From NCBI GenBank assembly GCA_002104945.1, contig MCFH01000018.1, forward strand, positions 620,001-684,000: 64,000 bases of DNA. Reading direction: 5' to 3'. The position numbers and the translations under genes were made by a program. The DNA is from Piromyces finnis finn (Eukaryota; Fungi; Neocallimastigomycota). Of this stretch, positions 60,292-64,000 are shown in pieces. How positions within the stretch are numbered: position 1 is the stretch's first letter; each line of letters starts with the position of its first letter. Under the pieces are notes generated by a model. The model made no database searches. It worked only from the letters and a program-made list of their open reading frames with translations, and was not told the origin of the DNA.

Positions 60292-61497
60292 ATGGCGATA
60301 ATTGATAATGAAATTCAAAACTTAATTCAAAATAATGATGTCACAAATCTCAAAATTATACTTGATATCCCTCGTGAAACTTCATTTTATTCACAATTAC
60401 TAATATATGCAATTAATAGTAATGCTTCTAATGAAGTTATGAATATAATATTAAATTATATGGATTACTCAGTGTTTTTCAATACTATATCGTTAAATGA
60501 CCTTGACGGTCTTAAATTAATATATGATAAAATGATTTTTCACACCAATTTTACAAAAGACTATATAAATTTTATGAAAATTCATTTAAGTGAAAGAAAG
60601 TCAATATTTGATGAATTATGGAATTACTTTTATATAATAGCTATTGAAAAGAACTTTTGTATTCTTAGATTTTTATTAGTCTATGAAACTAAGGACACTT
60701 TAAATACTGTCAATACAATGTATAATATATTTCAAAAATCTATTGAAAAAAATCAACTTCCTATAATTCGTTATTTAATTTCTAAAGGAATAGATGGTAA
60801 GAATATTCCTCATCAACGGGATTCTATTTTATACACAACTTTCAAAAATGGTTTTATTTCAATGGCTAATTTATTGTTAAGCCAGAAAGTTTTAAATCTA
60901 TCAAACGAAGATCTGCTTGATATAATAAAATTATCACTGAGAAACAATGATGTCAAGATATTAGAATGTCTTTTTAAAAATAATATCCAAGTGAATGAAA
61001 TTAAAGATAAGTATGGTTATCATCCTATTCACTTTGCAATCAAAAATAAAAAATTAGAATGTATTGATTATCTACTTGAAAATGGTGCTTCTATTAATGA
61101 AAAAACAAAGGATGGATATTCACCTCTCTTTTTAGCCTATGATACTCATGATCCTTTAATCATTGAATCATTAATAAGGCATAATGCTGATATCAATGAT
61201 GTAAATAAGGAAGGAGAGACTATTCTTTTTCTTGCGGTTAAAGATAATGATATAGAATTAGTAAAATGTTTAATTAATAATAATGCTAATGTCAATGTTA
61301 AAGATAAAGATGAAAATACACCTTTAATGATTGCTTCCCATGAACGTTACTTTCAAATTGTTCGTTGGCTTGTGAAAGGAGGTGCAAATATTAATGAGAA
61401 AAATAAATATCACGATACTGCACTTTACTATTCCTCACCTAATTATGGATACAAAAAAGAAATATATAATTTTTTAAAAGTAAGAGGAGCATGTTAA
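60292..61497 (+). CDS. Ankyrin-repeat protein (401 aa), cluster member 2
   Basis: Ankyrin repeats in the C-terminal half; intronless; C-terminal TALYYS..Y.Y...IY.FL shared with member 1. Confidence 0.92.
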   Translation: MAIIDNEIQNLIQNNDVTNLKIILDIPRETSFYSQLLIYAINSNASNEVMNIILNYMDYSVFFNTISLNDLDGLKLIYDKMIFHTNFTKDYINFMKIHLSERKSIFDELWNYFYIIAIEKNFCILRFLLVYETKDTLNTVNTMYNIFQKSIEKNQLPIIRYLISKGIDGKNIPHQRDSILYTTFKNGFISMANLLLSQKVLNLSNEDLLDIIKLSLRNNDVKILECLFKNNIQVNEIKDKYGYHPIHFAIKNKKLECIDYLLENGASINEKTKDGYSPLFLAYDTHDPLIIESLIRHNADINDVNKEGETILFLAVKDNDIELVKCLINNNANVNVKDKDENTPLMIASHERYFQIVRWLVKGGANINEKNKYHDTALYYSSPNYGYKKEIYNFLKVRGAC

Positions 61498-61653
61498 GAA
61501 ATAATTACTACAGATAGATAATATTAAAAAAAAAAAAAATTTAATTATTATGGTATTTATAATATAATATAAAATAATTGTATAGACGTATTTTTAATTA
61601 ATAAAATATGTTTATGAATAGATTTGTAGATTTGAAATAAATAAAAGAAAAAG

Positions 61654-61685
61654 AAAAAACCTAAGTAGTAGTACTTAGGTTTTTT
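61654..61685. other. Perfect 14-bp stem / 4-nt loop hairpin downstream of ankyrin gene 2
   Basis: AAAAAACCTAAGTA-GTAG-TACTTAGGTTTTTT, about 157 nt after the stop codon. Confidence 0.6.
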
Positions 61686-62722
61686 ATTGATAAAGTTAAT
61701 GAAAATATGTACTTAAATATAGTTAAATTAATTATAATATATAATGTTATATAATGTATTATATTCAACTTTTATATTCATTTATTGATAAAACTTGAAA
61801 ATAAAAATAAAAACTACGCTAGAAAAAAATAATACTTTTTCTTAAAGAAAAAAAAAAAAAAAGAAATTTAAAATTTGGAATTTTTCCGTTATTTTTCATC
61901 TTTATCTTTAATGAGAATTATAAATATGAAATATAAAAAGTATCCTGTTTTTTTATTACTTTAAAAAAATAAAGTTCAGATCGAAATATCATATGATAAC
62001 TTTATTTTCTTTTTTTTTTTTTTTTTTTTTGAAATTGTTTGTATCCTTATATAAACAAATAAGCAAATTCAATGATAAATATATAGATATAAATAGATGA
62101 ATGCGTATTTAAAGTGATCTTTAATATATATAATTAAATATAAGCGCCACAACTATATTAAACTAAAATTTAACTTTGTTCTTCTTTGTTTTTTATAAAG
62201 TATATATCATTTATGTATTATTTTTTACATCGTTTAAATTGATAATTTAATGGTTTAATAAAACATAATATGAATATATTCCAAAAATGCTAAAAAAAAT
62301 CAAGGTAAATAAAAATATTTTTTTTTTTATTAAACTTTTTGTATAAAATTTTTGTTCTTTTTTTTTTTTTTTTGTATTATTTTTTTGTTTATGTTTTACT
62401 TTTCTGATTTAATTTATACTTTATTGGTAAAAATAATATTTATTAATACAAGTGATAAACTTTAAAAAATAATGAATTTCTTCTCTAATGAATACAAAAA
62501 TAAAATAATAAAAAGGTAAAAAAAAAAAACAATATATATAAAAAAGGAAGGTAAAAAAAAAAAAAAAAAAAAAAGCTATAATATAAAATGTAAATATTTT
62601 GATAAAAATACTTTTGTTTTATCTTTTAATAAGCTAATAATATAAAACAAAAATCTATATTACACGACTATCATTATTATTTTTATTATTATTATTGGAA
62701 AAAAAATACAAAGAAAACTTTG

Positions 62723-64000
62723 ATGAATAAATCTGTACTAGTACAAACTACTGAAATTAAGAATGTTATCAAGAAAGGAAACTTTGTTCAATTTGTAAAT
62801 TTTTTAAATAATAACAACATTAAATGGAAAGGAACAGAATTGTATCATCTATTACTTTATGCTATTGAACATCATGCTTCCCTTGATATTATTAAATACA
62901 TTGAGTATCAATATGGTGCAAATGAAATTTTAGAATATCTTTTAAAACATAATATTAAATATTTTCGGTGGTTATTTAATCATCATAAATATCATAATGA
63001 TTATGTATTGAGACTTCTTTATCTTTCAAAATATCATATTAAAACTAGTAATGAAAAATTAAATAGCATGATCAAAAAAGAACAAAATCAAATCATCATA
63101 TCTAAAAGAATGTATGATTATGCTCTCCAAAAAGGTAACCATTCTATTATAAAACTTTTTCTAATAAATGATACTCAAGAATCAATTCTTGCTATAAATA
63201 AAAAATATAATTTATTACTCTATTCTGTAAAATATAATCAATATGAAATACTTATTAGCCTTCTAAAGCATTTTAATATTCAACATCAAAAAATATATAT
63301 GCCATTATTACTTGCCTCTATAAAAAGAGGACGTATAGATATGGTTAAATTAATTTTACAATATCCTATTGATATTAATAATAATAGTTATAAAAATGGT
63401 TTTACTCCTCTTATGTATTCAATATTTTATAAGCAACAACATATCATTAAATGTTTATTGGAAGCTAAAGCTAATGTCAATTGCATTGATAATCATGGTA
63501 ATACCGCATTAATTATTGCTCTAAAGAATAAACTCTATGAAATAATGAAAATGTTAATTCAATATGGAGCTAATATTAATCATACTAATTTTTACGAAGA
63601 TACTCCTTTAATAATATCTATTAAAAAAAAATATAATAAAATAGCTATGCTTCTTGTCGATAATGGGGCAGATGTGAATGCTAAAGATAGTCATGGTGAT
63701 ACTATTCTAATTTTAGCAACTAAAAGTGAAAATAAAGATATGGTAGAATATTTATTAGATCATGGAGCTAATATTAATGATAAAGATATTAATGGAAATA
63801 CACCATTATTTATTGCATATTATAATTGTATGATTGACATTATTTCAATTCTTATTAAAAAAAAAGCTAATATCAATGAAAAAAACAATACTTTAGGAAT
63901 TACTGTATTAATGCTCGCTTCCCAAAATGGTTTTCTATTAAATGTAAAATACTTGATAGAAAATGGAGCAAATGTAAATGTAAAAGATCATTATGGAAAT
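62723..64000 (+). CDS. Ankyrin-repeat protein, cluster member 3 (3'-partial; absent from the ORF track because it runs off the window)
   Basis: Open frame from ATG 62723 to the end: MNKSVLVQTTEIK...LLYAIEHHASLDIIKY...GFTPLMYS...GNTALIIA...GDTILILA...GNTPLFIA. Confidence 0.9.
   Translation, partial: MNKSVLVQTTEIKNVIKKGNFVQFVNFLNNNNIKWKGTELYHLLLYAIEHHASLDIIKYIEYQYGANEILEYLLKHNIKYFRWLFNHHKYHNDYVLRLLYLSKYHIKTSNEKLNSMIKKEQNQIIISKRMYDYALQKGNHSIIKLFLINDTQESILAINKKYNLLLYSVKYNQYEILISLLKHFNIQHQKIYMPLLLASIKRGRIDMVKLILQYPIDINNNSYKNGFTPLMYSIFYKQQHIIKCLLEAKANVNCIDNHGNTALIIALKNKLYEIMKMLIQYGANINHTNFYEDTPLIISIKKKYNKIAMLLVDNGADVNAKDSHGDTILILATKSENKDMVEYLLDHGANINDKDINGNTPLFIAYYNCMIDIISILIKKKANINEKNNTLGITVLMLASQNGFLLNVKYLIENGANVNVKDHYGN

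Overview
Very AT-rich, intron-containing eukaryotic DNA, most likely an anaerobic gut fungus (Neocallimastigomycota). This is inferred from the base composition, poly(A/T) intergenic tracts, short GT-AG introns, a Neocallimastix/Piromyces-type GH11 with CBM1, an ankyrin gene expansion and bacterial-type intronless genes. Gene models were rebuilt by hand from splice signals: a 4-exon F-box/LRR protein, a C2H2 zinc-finger/AT-hook factor with 54-bp coding repeats, an OXR1/TLDc protein, an Sso1-like syntaxin, an Nsl1/Mis14 kinetochore protein, three tandem ankyrin genes, and two paralogues of an unrecognised family (2352-4556 and 33878-35770). Two genes look horizontally acquired from bacteria: an AlkZ-type (QAQ) HTH_42 DNA glycosylase and a YbaN/DUF454 membrane protein. 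Mobile DNA comprises decayed LINE fragments, two young 5'-truncated poly(A) retroposon copies with 14-bp TSDs, and a fold-back element with 88-bp arms. The most interesting observations are: (1) the GH11 keeps both catalytic glutamates but has lost the conserved PSIxG thumb tip; (2) a eukaryotic AlkZ-like crosslink glycosylase; (3) the unknown gene family, whose two members share a flanking CCAGA-iteron repeat and each have a 3' fold-back, suggesting an undescribed mobile unit; (4) five AAG|GTAAGT splice-donor motifs within 1.15 kb of a roughly 12-kb gene desert. All family assignments come from motif recognition; no database search was run.
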